From Candidatus Binatia bacterium (GTDB lineage: Bacteria > Desulfobacterota > Binatia > UBA9968 > CAXXLF01), in assembly GCA_963664015.2 (NCBI GenBank), contig CAXXLF010000002.1:832001-896000 (forward strand): 64,000 bases of DNA. The letters run 5' to 3'. Made by a program: the position numbers and the translations under genes. Every line of letters starts with the position of its first letter. Position 1 is the stretch's first letter. Below are positions 49,975-60,506 of this stretch, piece after piece. The notes beneath the pieces were generated by a model. That model saw nothing but the letters and a program-made list of their open reading frames with translations, searched no databases and was not told the DNA's origin.

Positions 49975-51956
49975 TTAATGCACCGTTTTGCTTCTGGTGA
50001 GTTGCAAGTTCCTGTTGGAATCCACCTTTGCCGCCATCCCGGTGGCACGACAACGGTAGAGCTAAACTCGTAGATCACCGCAGGCCCATCAACCCTACTC
50101 CCCGTATTCAGTCTCTCGCGCTGGTAAACGGAACAACGGCGCATGGGTCCGGAGAAAAACACACTCTTGTTACCCAAGAACCCGGGTTGTTTCCTGTCCC
50201 TCCCCCAACACCCCTGCCCGCCTTTATCGATTTACCCTTACCTTCGATACGTACCATCAAGGTGACTAGCTCTATATCCTTCCGAGGGTCACTGTGACCA
50301 AAGCGAGACTCGTGCAGCTGATGGAACCGGCCGACAAAACCCTTTTTCCACGGGATCGTCAACTTGTAGGCCTGTCCCACGTAACGGACATCCACCCAGA
50401 AGCGAATCTTTACCTTGCTTCTTTCCAGGCCATCCCGTTGCATCTCTTTTAACCCCAACTCTTTCAAGACCAACAGCCTTCCATTAATCTTTCTGTATTC
50501 GGGCCGCGACTCAAGGATTGACAAGGAAAAATCCCTGACCAATGGGGTGACGGCCATTCCCCAAGCGGAAAAGAGACCGGGCCAAAGAGGGATGAGCAGA
50601 CGAAATATACCAAGACCCTCCGCAAGCTCCGCCGCGTGAAGGCCACCGGCACCACCAAAGGCAAACAGGGTAAAATTTCTGGGATCCAGACCCCGTTCGA
50701 GAGTCACAGCCCGGATTGCACGGTCCATATTACTGTTTACCACCTGTAGAATGCCCCAGGCGATCATCTCAGAATCCAATCCAACTTGTCGCGCTAACTC
50801 TCTCATACTACTTCGAGTTCGACGGAGTTCAAGTGCGATCCGACCGCCCAGAAAACGCTCAGGATCCAAACGCCCGAGAACAAGGTTGGCATCGGTAACT
50901 GTTATATCGCGCCCCTTGCCATAACAGACGGGGCCCGGTTCCGCACCCGCGCTCTCGGGTCCCACTTTCAATGCACCGCCCGCGTCCAACCTAGCAACGG
51001 ACCCCCCTCCGGCACCGACAGTGTGAATATCCACCATGGGGACCTTCACGGGAACACCTGCCACCACCTTCTCAGCGGTCAGGGGAATTTCTCTCTCCAC
51101 AGGACACACATCGGTCGATGTCCCGCCCATATCGAGACTAATGATCTTTCCAATCCCGGCCTGCCGGGCTAACTGATGGGCGGCAACGACCCCGAGAGTA
51201 GCGTCCTTACGGATTGCTCACGGGCCATACGTGCAGTCATGGCTCCCCCCATTGGACTGCATGACCCGGAATTCCCCCGTGAACTTTTTACTCCCCCGTT
51301 TGAATACCCGATCTAAGTCCAGGATATGGCGGAAAATGGCAGGCGTCACCTAGGCGTTGAGTACCGTCGTGGAAAACCGTTCGTACTCTCGATACTCGGG
51401 AACAATCCTATGAGATAAAGATACAGGGAGCCCCAGGGCCCCAAGTTCTCGAGCCACCCTCTTCTCGTGGGTCGGATTTCGATAGGAGTGAAGGAAACCC
51501 ACTGCCACCGATTCCACGCCCATATCCCGAATCCGTATTTTGACTTGCTTCAGTTCCCTGAGGGAGAGTGAAATAAGGACGCGACCATCGGCCAGAATTC
51601 GTTCCTTCACGCCAAAACGTAGGGAACGGGACACCAAGGGCACAAGTGGCCTTGGTTCAAGTGCGTAAAGATCAGAGCGAGCCTGGCGGCCGATCTCGAT
51701 CAAGTCTTCAAACCCTCGGGTCGTCAGCCACGCCACCCTTCGCCCCATTTCGTTCCAACAAGGCGTTGGTCGCCACCGTGGCTCCATAGGTAACCCGTAT
51801 CATTCCTGCCTGATCGATGAGTTCTTTCATGCCTGTCAATACGGCACGGGCGGGGTTGCCGGGGGTCGACGGCACCTTGTGGACAGCAATCCCCTTCGTA
51901 CCGAGCAGGACAAAATCAGTAAATGTTCCTCCAGTATCAATCCCTAAAAGAACCAT
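49975..51956 (-). pseudogene. Hydantoinase A/5-oxoprolinase ATP-binding subunit, disrupted
   Basis: GIDTGGTFTD, KVPSTP, GFLHSY.NP.HE, EYREYERFSTT, DMGGTSTD, VGAGGGS, FGGAGGLHA; TAG at 51350 and several frameshifts. Confidence 0.9.
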
Positions 51957-52210
51957 TGACTCGACATGCTTCTTATGTTTCACGATTGCACTATTCTAAC
52001 TTTTCTAACCCGGTTGACGAGTTGAGGAGCACGCCGAACCGGTTTCGACAGACGCGTGCGCCGGCAAGAGCGAGTCAATCGGGTCAACCGGGCAATGACC
52101 GGGCCCACGATTCAATTTTGTGGAAGATAGATTCGACTTCCAGGCCAAGAGCCTGGACACAGGACAATGGATTTGGAGAGGGCGAATTTTATTATTAATA
52201 ATTAGGTTGT

Positions 52211-52570
52211 CTAGCTTGAAGATGCCGTGGATTCGGAACTACTCCCCTTGGCGGGTTTATCGTCAGCCGAGGCCTTTTTTTCTGAGGACGTGCTGGTGTC
52301 AGCCTTTCCGTCCCCCTTGCTTGAGGCCGTCTGGGACTCTTTCCCATCATTTGAGGCGGCATTGGACTCCTTTCCCTCCTCAGAATGGGTCCCTTTTTTA
52401 GCATAATCGGTAAGATACCAACCAGTCCCTACGAGCTTGAAAGTCGTATTGGAGATGAGTTTTTTGACCGGGTTTCCACAGGTGGGGCAGGTTTCCATGC
52501 TCGGTTCGGTGATTTTCTGGGTGATTTCAAACTCACCGCATTTTTGACAGCAATATTCATAGATTGGCAT
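52211..52570 (-). CDS. FmdB family zinc-ribbon protein
   Basis: [31 protein letters not shown], low-complexity S/K/E tail. Confidence 0.88.
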   Translation of the reverse strand: MPIYEYCCQKCGEFEITQKITEPSMETCPTCGNPVKKLISNTTFKLVGTGWYLTDYAKKGTHSEEGKESNAASNDGKESQTASSKGDGKADTSTSSEKKASADDKPAKGSSSESTASSS

Positions 52571-52684
52571 CTGTAAGGCCCTCGTAAAACGATCTCTATT
52601 TTTAAGATAGTGCCTCCAAGACTGATTGTCAATGAGACCCACCTCCCCTGTTTCGGACTCAGGAAATACCCTAAGCGTTGGGGA

Positions 52685-53812
52685 TCAATGAGAAACCGGC
52701 TGGCCGGCCTCATTCTTACGCCAGACGCGGACAGCATTTTCCGGAAGATTGACGAAGACCTTCTGGCCTGAGGAAAAGAATTCCCCCACTGAGGTATAGA
52801 GTGTGAAACTCATTGGCCCAAAGCGGAGATGACACTCGTAACGATCACCAAGGAAGACGGCGGTATCCACCTCGCAAGGTACCTGATTGAATCCCTCTCC
52901 TTCCTTTACCTTACCAACACTAACCTCTTCCGGCCGGACGGCAACCACTACAGACTCACCGCTCTTCGGTGAGAATTCGGTTGCTGGGCATTGGATTTGG
53001 ACACCGGCCTCTCCATCCAATCCGACAACCATTCGCTCCGACTCTCTCTGCATCACGCATCCCTGCATCCAAATGACGCGGCCCAGAAACTCCTGGACAA
53101 AGGAAGTCGCGGGATTCGTGTAGACCTCGTGAGGCGCCGCGAGCTGCTCGATCTGGCCGTGGTTCATCACGGCCAAACGATCCGAAAGAGTCATGGCCTC
53201 GACCTGATCGTGGGTCACGAAAACAACCGTGATGGAAAGCCTGCGTTGCAGCGCCTTTAGCTCCACACGCATCTGCTCCCGCAGCTTAGCATCCAGGTTG
53301 CTGAGTGGTTCATCGAGCAGGAGGATCTTGGGAGAGTAGATGAGAGCTCTGGCAAGGGCCACCCGTTGCTGTTGCCCACCGCTCAGGAGCAAAGCCGGTC
53401 GATCCTCGAGGCCGTCCAATCCCACCAGACTCAGAACCGATTCCACCTTATCTTGCACCACATTCCCTTTGATGCGTCGCACCCGGAGAGGATAGGCCAC
53501 GTTTTCGAAGACGTTTAAATGAGGCCAGATGGCATAAGACTGGAAGACCATTCCCATCTCCCTTTTCTCAGGGGCGAGCAATATCCGCTTTGATATCGAG
53601 ACTACAGGTGTTCCCTCAACCTCAATCTCACCGCCATCGGGTTTTTCGAAGCCGGCTATCATGCGCAGGGTTGTGGTCTTTCCACAACCGCTGGGGCCCA
53701 GCAGGGTCAAGACTTCCCCCCTGGAGACATCGAATTCGATGTTATTGACTGCCGCCACGTTGCCGAAATTTTTTGTAAGACCCGTCGCCCTCAAAAATGG
53801 TTGTTCTGCCAT
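52685..53812 (-). CDS. ABC transporter ATP-binding protein (PotA/FbpC-like, TOBE domain)
   Basis: GPSGCGKT, VFQSYAIWPH, LSGGQQQR, LLLDEP, VTHDQ. Confidence 0.93.
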   Translation of the reverse strand: MAEQPFLRATGLTKNFGNVAAVNNIEFDVSRGEVLTLLGPSGCGKTTTLRMIAGFEKPDGGEIEVEGTPVVSISKRILLAPEKREMGMVFQSYAIWPHLNVFENVAYPLRVRRIKGNVVQDKVESVLSLVGLDGLEDRPALLLSGGQQQRVALARALIYSPKILLLDEPLSNLDAKLREQMRVELKALQRRLSITVVFVTHDQVEAMTLSDRLAVMNHGQIEQLAAPHEVYTNPATSFVQEFLGRVIWMQGCVMQRESERMVVGLDGEAGVQIQCPATEFSPKSGESVVVAVRPEEVSVGKVKEGEGFNQVPCEVDTAVFLGDRYECHLRFGPMSFTLYTSVGEFFSSGQKVFVNLPENAVRVWRKNEAGQPVSH

Positions 53813-54022
53813 CTCGATTGCCTATCTCTTTCCTAGTGAAATATTTTTCGCACTCTGGGGGCAGGCCCCCTAAATGTTTCCCCGACCCCGCAATCGGAGT
53901 CCCATTAGATATCAAACCCGATGAAAGTGTGCAAGTTCTCATTTTCTCAGGTCATTAAATGACTCAACCCTGCCACCTCTAGCTTGTCGGGGGGTCCCTT
54001 TATTCTAACTCGTATACCTAAT

Positions 54023-56299
54023 TTAGGGAGAAGAAAGGGGGAGGCCCAGACCTCGGAAGACCTTCTCGGACGTTATGGGAAGTTCCATCAGGCGGACACC
54101 GGTAGCGTTATAGACGGCGTTGGCAATGGCCGGTGCGACGATGCCAATGCCCGACTCGGCCACCGGCTTGGCGCTAAAGGGGCCCGGCCCCTCATACACC
54201 TGAACCCTGGAAGTACTCAAGGGTGGAACGTCCCATATGGTGGGGATCTTATAGTCGCCGTGACTCAGGGTCAGAACTCGACCGTCTTCCACCACAAGGT
54301 GTTCCATGAGGGATTGTCCCGTTCCCTGAATAATGGCGCCCTCGATCTGGCCTTGATGGATCAGTGGATTGATGATCCTGGAAGAATCCATAGTGAAATA
54401 GAGCTGACGAACCCTGATCTGGCCCGTTTCCACATCGACCTCCACGTCAGCGATCATTGCCTGAAAAACATACACCTCAGGCCGGCTACCCTTGCAGTGA
54501 CCGAAACCACGAAGCGGACTTTTAGCAGTCAGACGAGCAATGGATAGTAGGTCCAAGGACCGTTTTTTGGCTCCTCGCGTCCAGGCCCGCCCCGTTTCCC
54601 ATTGGACCTCATTTTCATCGAGTTTCCATGCTGAGGCAGCTTGCTCGCGCAGCTGTTTGATGAGGGAGTGGGTGGCACGAACAACTGCCTGCCCTTCTAT
54701 ATAAGTCCCCCTTTGTCCCCGCACCCCTTCATCGTAGGTTCCGGTATCGGTCCCCTTGACGTCGATCTCAACTCGCTCCGCCTCAATCCCTAGGAGTTCG
54801 GCCGCGACCTGCCGATGCATGGTATAGGCACCCACCCCGACGTCACGCACTGCAGTCGCCAAACGTAAGGTTCCATCGGGATCCAAAAACAGTTCGACAC
54901 TGGATTCTCCCGTACCAATGTGCCGAAAGCCCAGGGCCAGGCCTCGCCCTGTAACCACTCGCCCCTGGCCTTGTCCCCTCCGTCGGGGGCCCGGGCGCCG
55001 CTTTGAGACCTTTGCCACCTGACGTAGAACATCCAGAGCACGGGGGTCCCGTAAGGGCTCATCCGTAGGCTTGGCGTCTCCTTCTCGCAGCGCGTTGATC
55101 ATGCGAAATTCATAGGCGTCGATACCAAGCGCCTCGGCCATCATATCCATGTGACTTTCAACGGCAAAAAGGGTCTGCACCTCTCCCGGGGCCCGAAAGA
55201 ATCCGGTGGGCACCTGATTGGTGTAAATACTGTAACCCTCCATTCGCACGTGGGGGGTGCGGTAACAACCCGCCAGCAGAAAAGTCCCATTAAGGCCATT
55301 GCGTGGCGTGCGTGCCGCATAGGCTCCGCCGTTGTAGTAGACCTTACCGTCCCATGCCCAAATTCTCCCGTCCCTCTTCACACCAGTTCGAAGCACGACC
55401 ACGGCCGAATGACGTGGTTGGCCGTCGAGCAACTCCTGGGTATAGCTCTCCTGAACTCGTACGGGCTGACCCGACGCGCGGGCGAGATAATAGTTGCAGA
55501 GGATATCGTCATAGCCCAACTTGCCGCCGAAGGAGCCCCCTGTGGAAACCGGGTGAACGACGATCATCTCTTCGGGCAAGTCCAGGTGTGCTGCCAACTT
55601 GCTACGCACCATAAAGGGGGCCTGATGGCAGTGCCAAACGGATATCCTCCCCTGACTGTCGACTTCCACGAGTCCCGCTCGTGGCTCTATGAAGCTCTGA
55701 TGCACCATGGGAATGGTAAAGGTGCTGTCGAACACCTTATCACACTCGCCAAATCCTATTTCGATGTCTCCCTTACCTGCCCGCTCCACCGATTGGACGT
55801 TTTTCAACACGGGCTCCTTGTGCATCCCTTCGTACTCGTCGTAGTTGGGGTGGAGCAGCGGGGCCCCAGGCTTTAAGGCCTCCAGCGGTTCATATACGGC
55901 TGGCAGTTCTTCGTAATTGACCTCTATCAGACTCACGGCCTCCTCGGCGAGGTCCTTGTCGAGAGCAGCAACCCCAGCGACCTTCTCTCCGATATAACGC
56001 ACCCGATCCTGTGCGAGGGCGGGCATATCCTCAAGGCCGAGCCCCTCCAGCCGCGGTGAAACGTCTTTCCCGGTGATAACCGCCTTGACACCGGGGATTT
56101 TGAGCGCACGGCTCGCATTGATATTCAGGATACGGGCATGAGGATAGGGGCTACGTAGAAACCCGCCCCAGAGGGTGTTGGGACGCTTCACGTCTGCGGT
56201 GTAAACACAGGAGCCGGAAACTTTGCTCAAGCCCTCCACTCTTGGGAGCCCAAGACCTACGGCGTGAGCCTTGGCGCGTCTGTCATTGGATACGGACAT
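54023..56299 (-). CDS. Xanthine dehydrogenase family molybdopterin-binding large subunit (second copy)
   Basis: LRSPYPHARI, HQSFIEP, GGSFGGK, FRAPGEVQ, GQIEG..IQG, AKPVAE. Confidence 0.92.
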   Translation of the reverse strand: MSVSNDRRAKAHAVGLGLPRVEGLSKVSGSCVYTADVKRPNTLWGGFLRSPYPHARILNINASRALKIPGVKAVITGKDVSPRLEGLGLEDMPALAQDRVRYIGEKVAGVAALDKDLAEEAVSLIEVNYEELPAVYEPLEALKPGAPLLHPNYDEYEGMHKEPVLKNVQSVERAGKGDIEIGFGECDKVFDSTFTIPMVHQSFIEPRAGLVEVDSQGRISVWHCHQAPFMVRSKLAAHLDLPEEMIVVHPVSTGGSFGGKLGYDDILCNYYLARASGQPVRVQESYTQELLDGQPRHSAVVVLRTGVKRDGRIWAWDGKVYYNGGAYAARTPRNGLNGTFLLAGCYRTPHVRMEGYSIYTNQVPTGFFRAPGEVQTLFAVESHMDMMAEALGIDAYEFRMINALREGDAKPTDEPLRDPRALDVLRQVAKVSKRRPGPRRRGQGQGRVVTGRGLALGFRHIGTGESSVELFLDPDGTLRLATAVRDVGVGAYTMHRQVAAELLGIEAERVEIDVKGTDTGTYDEGVRGQRGTYIEGQAVVRATHSLIKQLREQAASAWKLDENEVQWETGRAWTRGAKKRSLDLLSIARLTAKSPLRGFGHCKGSRPEVYVFQAMIADVEVDVETGQIRVRQLYFTMDSSRIINPLIHQGQIEGAIIQGTGQSLMEHLVVEDGRVLTLSHGDYKIPTIWDVPPLSTSRVQVYEGPGPFSAKPVAESGIGIVAPAIANAVYNATGVRLMELPITSEKVFRGLGLPLSSP

Positions 56300-56561
56300 G
56301 ACATGCGAGTAACACAAAATCGCAAGTGGGGTCAAACATCAGTGGGGGACCGAATGAACAACGACTCCGGTGAGGGCGCGTTGAGAGATGGTTCAGGAGT
56401 TATTCAGACAGCGGCGACGGGAGGTTCCGACGGGTGTAGCGGGACCGCACCGTCACAGGTTTCTCTGCTTAGATGGCCTCTTCATCAAAATAACTACGTG
56501 TCTCGATTCCGAGCCATGGGGGCGCGACAAAGAAGGGCTCCATGAGCTCCAGGTTGAGGTC

Positions 56562-57995
56562 CTAACTGTCCTGGCGAAGGTTCTTAGGAGCCGAATATTC
56601 CAGCTGAGCCCCATCATCCGTATTGGTCACGGCTCCATCGGAAAAGGCTCTGAGTTCCTTCGTCCCCATGCGGTAGAACCTCAGGACCAAGGTGATATCG
56701 CTCAGGTTCAACTCTTGCAGATCTTCCTTCAACGTTGGATGGCTAGAATAAATCTGTCGTAAGGCTTCGACATCGAAGACCTGATTGATACTGCTTCCCA
56801 CCAGCAGGAAGCCGTCGTCTTCAAACTCCCCCATACGGAGACATGGCTAAAGGTTTCACCAAAAGCACGAAAAACCATCCGGAGGTCATCCAGTAATATG
56901 GAATAGTTGTGTATCCATTGGGCAAAAATGCCATCTTTATTGAGTTTAGACTTTGCGGCCTCATAGAATTCCCGTGTGTAGAGATTAGCGATTTCCGAGA
57001 TCCAGGGATTCGAAGGCTCGGAGATAATCACGTCGTAGTGTTTAGGACTGGCGAGGATATAGTTACGAGCGTCGGTTAAGGTAATGCGAACCCTTGGGTT
57101 TTGCAGGATGTTGCCGTTCAAGTCGTTGAATATTTCGGCCGCCTCAAGGATAGCCGGCTCTATCTCCATGACCTCGATCTCACGAACGGGAAAATCGCTG
57201 ACAGCTTTAACGTCACCAGCAGGGTGGTAAATGAGTAGATTGAGCTACTGATAACCATAGTTAATGCACAAGTCCAACTGTTCTCGTAGAGCAGGGCGGA
57301 AAATCCAGAAAATCCAATTTAGAGGAGAAGCACCGACCCCAACCAGGAAGGTCGGTTGCTGGGTTCGTTCTGCAACGATGGGTCGCCGGGGGTTCTCAGT
57401 TCGTCGGACTCATCCTTAGCCGGCGTCCAGTCGATGGCAATGATTACCCTGGCCACGGTCAGATTCAATGTCGCGGCCAGATAAACAGTCGAACGCATTT
57501 CCAGAGCAGGGATTAAACTGTAGCCAGCAGCATCACAACCGACTACCGCACCGATGGTGTTGATTGCATAGAGGTCCCCGAGTCGACGCCCGAGAACATT
57601 CAAATTGCGTATAAGAAAACGACTGAGGATAGGGAGCGTGGCCCCCATGAGCAGAGTAGGAACCATCAGGAAGACAAAGGACAGTAGAAAGAGAATCAGA
57701 TTGAAAGCTAGGGGCAAGGACTTGTTAAGGGAAGAGAGAGGAATGTACACGCCTCTCACAAGATAAAAGATCCAGGGCACGAGCAACCCATAAAACCCCA
57801 CGCCACCTCGAGGAAACCATAAAAGAGAAAGTTATTCTTTCCCCGGTCCGCTATCCGGCCAAAGAGATAACTTCCCAAGGCCAGGCCGGCCATAAAGGCG
57901 GTCAGAACCGTGGCCACGGCGTACGTGGTGTTACCAAAGACCTGGGTCTGCATCCGGGTCCAAACCACTTCGTAGATAAGACCCGACATGCCGGA
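56562..57995 (-). pseudogene. Fused membrane/spermidine synthase (SpeE-like) protein, fragmented
   Basis: SGMSGLIYEVVW.R, PTLLMGATLP, LYAINTIGA, EIEP, DARNY, YDVIISEPSNPW, NTDD..LEY across four frames; large central deletion near 57215. Confidence 0.85.
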
Positions 57996-58017
57996 GGATT
58001 GAAGGATTCGAGCGCAC

Positions 58018-58035
58018 AAAGCCCCTTACGGGGCT
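58018..58035 (-). terminator. Putative terminator of the UbiD operon
   Basis: Minus strand AGCCCC-GTAA-GGGGCT followed by TT (short U-tract). Confidence 0.4.
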
Positions 58036-58127
58036 CCGCCTATTAGACGAGGCTGGGTTCCGCTCACCTATTCTCAACGGCCACGCTTGAACGCGAATTC
58101 AGCGGTATGCGACAGGTGGGATCGTCT

Positions 58128-59561
58128 TTACAGTTGTGATTGCCACTTGGCCAGCATTTGGGCCTTTTGGGCTGGGGTGGACTCAGCGACTACGGGGAAT
58201 TCATTACGCCATTCATACGGTCGAGTCGCATCGATAATGGCCCGCGACATCCCATAGTCACGGCGCTTTCTTTGCTCCGGCGAAATCATAGGATCGAGGG
58301 GACCGCTCAGGCACCGGCGAAGGATTTCGATATCCTGAGCCGGGTCACTCCGCGTGCACACCGCCCACATCACCTCAGGCAGATCTCTTGGGTTAATGTC
58401 TTCATCGACCACGATCACGTAACGCCCCATGTATGCACCACCCCGGGATTGGCAAACGATCGACGCCGCCTGCCGCGCATGACCGGGATAGAGCTGCTGG
58501 ATGGAAATGACGTTGAGCATATGACCACCACCTACCTCGTGGAACCAGACCCCCTTCACCCCAGGTATCCCCGCGCCCTCAAGCTGTTCGTAAATGGCCG
58601 CCGAGCGCAGGATGGACTGCATGTAGACCTTTCCCGAAGGGGGTTTGACGGGAGGTGAACCCAGGAGGATGGGATCGTTGCGGTGATAGAGGGCTTTGAC
58701 CTGAACCACAGGTTCTGGCCGGGCACCGCTACCGTAATACCCCGTCCACTCGCCGAATGGTCCCTCTGGTCTTCGGTCTTCGGGCATCACGAAACCCTCT
58801 ACCACGATCTCGGCATCCGCCGGTATGGGAAGCCCTGTCACCGGACCGCGAATCACCCGTACCGGTTCGCCCTTGATCCCTCCCACGAACTCCAGTTCGA
58901 ACTGGCCGTGGGGCATACCCCAGCTGGCCACCATGTGCAATAAGGGGTCGGCGCCAAACACCGCCACAACGGGCATGGGTTCATTGCGGGCAAACCACTT
59001 GTCCCGATGAATCCCGCCGTCATGACTGGGGGAGATATAGACGAAGATGTGGTCTCGATCGTGCACCATGACACGGTAGGCCCCCATATTGAGGGAATCG
59101 TTTTCCGGATCCCGGGTAATGATCGCATCTCCCGTGCCCAGATAGCGCCCACCGTCATGCTCGTGCCAGCGGGGCGTCGGGAACTTCCACATGTCGATCT
59201 GATCGCCGCGCAGCACGTTCTCCAGGATGGGGCCCTCGTCGACGTATTCCACTGGAGCCGGACGAATGGAACGGCGCTTCTCGCGCCATGCGGCGATGAG
59301 GCCGGGTTCGTCCAGATCCGTGGGAAGCCCCAGAGTCAAGGCGGCCCTTTTTCGCGAACCCGAGTCGTTGATCAGGATCCGATAACCGGAAGGGTAGTCC
59401 TGAATATCGTCGAAGATCACCGCCGGCTGCTGGTTGGCCCGCATGATGTGCTCCGCCAGCACTCCGATCTCTACGTCCCAGTGGGCCCCCTTGAGCACTT
59501 TGAGCTCACCCATACGCTCCGTATGTTCCAACCATGTTCTCAAGTCGTTGTACTGTAGCAA
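58128..59561 (-). CDS. UbiD family decarboxylase
   Basis: YNDLR.WL, HEHDGGRYLGT, NMGAYR, EGPFGEWTGYY, WAVCTR.DP, IDATRP; TTG start with GGGAG SD. Confidence 0.92.
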   Translation of the reverse strand: MLQYNDLRTWLEHTERMGELKVLKGAHWDVEIGVLAEHIMRANQQPAVIFDDIQDYPSGYRILINDSGSRKRAALTLGLPTDLDEPGLIAAWREKRRSIRPAPVEYVDEGPILENVLRGDQIDMWKFPTPRWHEHDGGRYLGTGDAIITRDPENDSLNMGAYRVMVHDRDHIFVYISPSHDGGIHRDKWFARNEPMPVVAVFGADPLLHMVASWGMPHGQFELEFVGGIKGEPVRVIRGPVTGLPIPADAEIVVEGFVMPEDRRPEGPFGEWTGYYGSGARPEPVVQVKALYHRNDPILLGSPPVKPPSGKVYMQSILRSAAIYEQLEGAGIPGVKGVWFHEVGGGHMLNVISIQQLYPGHARQAASIVCQSRGGAYMGRYVIVVDEDINPRDLPEVMWAVCTRSDPAQDIEILRRCLSGPLDPMISPEQRKRRDYGMSRAIIDATRPYEWRNEFPVVAESTPAQKAQMLAKWQSQL

Positions 59562-59608
59562 TGTCTTTCTCCCATAGGTCCGCCGGGCATCCTCAGCGAG
59601 TCGGCTGT

Positions 59609-60478
59609 TTATACCTGTTTTCGATACCAATCGATGATTTCGCTTCCAGTGGCGAACCAGACTCGCTCGTATTGTTTCATGTGCAGCAGAGCTTTCTTTA
59701 AATAACCGATTCTCAAGGGCTGTCCCGTAATGAAGGGATGGAGCGGAATGCCCAAAACCCGTGGGCAGCCCTCGCTGTCCGTGTACAGGGTTTCGAACTG
59801 GTCGCAAACGGACTCGTAGTATTCTCTCCCTGTATAACCCTTCCTGATGATGAGCGGGATGTCGTTGATCTCCATGCAATAGGGCAAGGATGTCATCTCG
59901 CCCTGCTCGACCTTCATGGGGAAGGGTTGATCGTCGTGGCACCAATCTCCAACATAGTTGACGCCCGCCGCCGCGAGCAGATCCGGTGTGTGGTGTGTCT
60001 CCGCGAGCCCCGGTCCAAGCCACCCTCTGGGCCGCTCTCCCGCGAAGCGCTCGATGGTGCTAAGGGTTTTCTCGATGACTTCCTTTTCCTCCTCCAGGGG
60101 AAGGTTTGCTAAACTCTGGTTGTTGGTCACCCCGTGCCCCATAAATTCCCAGCGGCGTTTTTTCATCTCTTCGAAGACCTTGGGAAACACCTCACAGACG
60201 TCAGAATTTAATGCCACGGTGGCCCGAATACCCAACTCATCCAGCACGTCGGCAATGCGCCAGAGCCCGACACGAAGGCCGTACTCTTTCCAAGTATAGT
60301 TGACCACGTCGGGGAGCGTACCCCGGACATTAGGCGTAATGGCTACGGCGCTCAGCATGTCAAAGTAATAGACCTCGACATTGGGTATGACCCAGACGGC
60401 AAGGGTCTTGCCGTCTGGCCAGGTAAACGGCTTGCGCTCGAAGATCAGAGAATCTTCGTATCGATCAGAACGTTTCAT
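59609..60478 (-). CDS. Polysaccharide deacetylase-fold protein (PuuE/allantoinase-like CE4)
   Basis: WPDGKTLAVWV.PNVE, EYGLRVGLWR, EFMGHG, PRGWLGPG, DDQP, PY..EIND, LHPFITGQP.R. Confidence 0.88.
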   Translation of the reverse strand: MKRSDRYEDSLIFERKPFTWPDGKTLAVWVIPNVEVYYFDMLSAVAITPNVRGTLPDVVNYTWKEYGLRVGLWRIADVLDELGIRATVALNSDVCEVFPKVFEEMKKRRWEFMGHGVTNNQSLANLPLEEEKEVIEKTLSTIERFAGERPRGWLGPGLAETHHTPDLLAAAGVNYVGDWCHDDQPFPMKVEQGEMTSLPYCMEINDIPLIIRKGYTGREYYESVCDQFETLYTDSEGCPRVLGIPLHPFITGQPLRIGYLKKALLHMKQYERVWFATGSEIIDWYRKQV

Positions 60479-60506
60479 AGCAGGCCATCACAGCTGGGAT
60501 TGAGCG

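Noticed and set aside
6-51352. Stop-codon recoding (TAG as Gln/Pyl, TGA as Sec) suggested by many in-frame TAG/TGA codons and the presence of senB
   Set aside because: All three stop types occur, mostly in genes that also carry frameshifts or deletions. Intact genes end normally in TAG (e.g. 12615, 18759, 35504) and TGA. The TGAs are not at Cys-like catalytic positions.
56336-56520. Possible Moco riboswitch upstream of the Mo-subunit gene (minus-strand ACCTCCCGT and a hairpin)
   Set aside because: The other Moco RNA elements and the adjacent SD arrangement were not recognisable; an Rfam scan would be needed.
15060-58020. Long-read sequencing error as the sole cause of broken genes
   Set aside because: Lesions cluster in accessory genes and include substitutions and large deletions, while multi-kb core genes are clean. 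Isolated homopolymer indels (21940, 45905) could still be errors.
59562-60023. 154-aa N-terminal extension of the 631-aa UbiD ORF
   Set aside because: It overlaps the deacetylase gene in another frame. An SD plus TTG at 59561 gives a normal-length UbiD.
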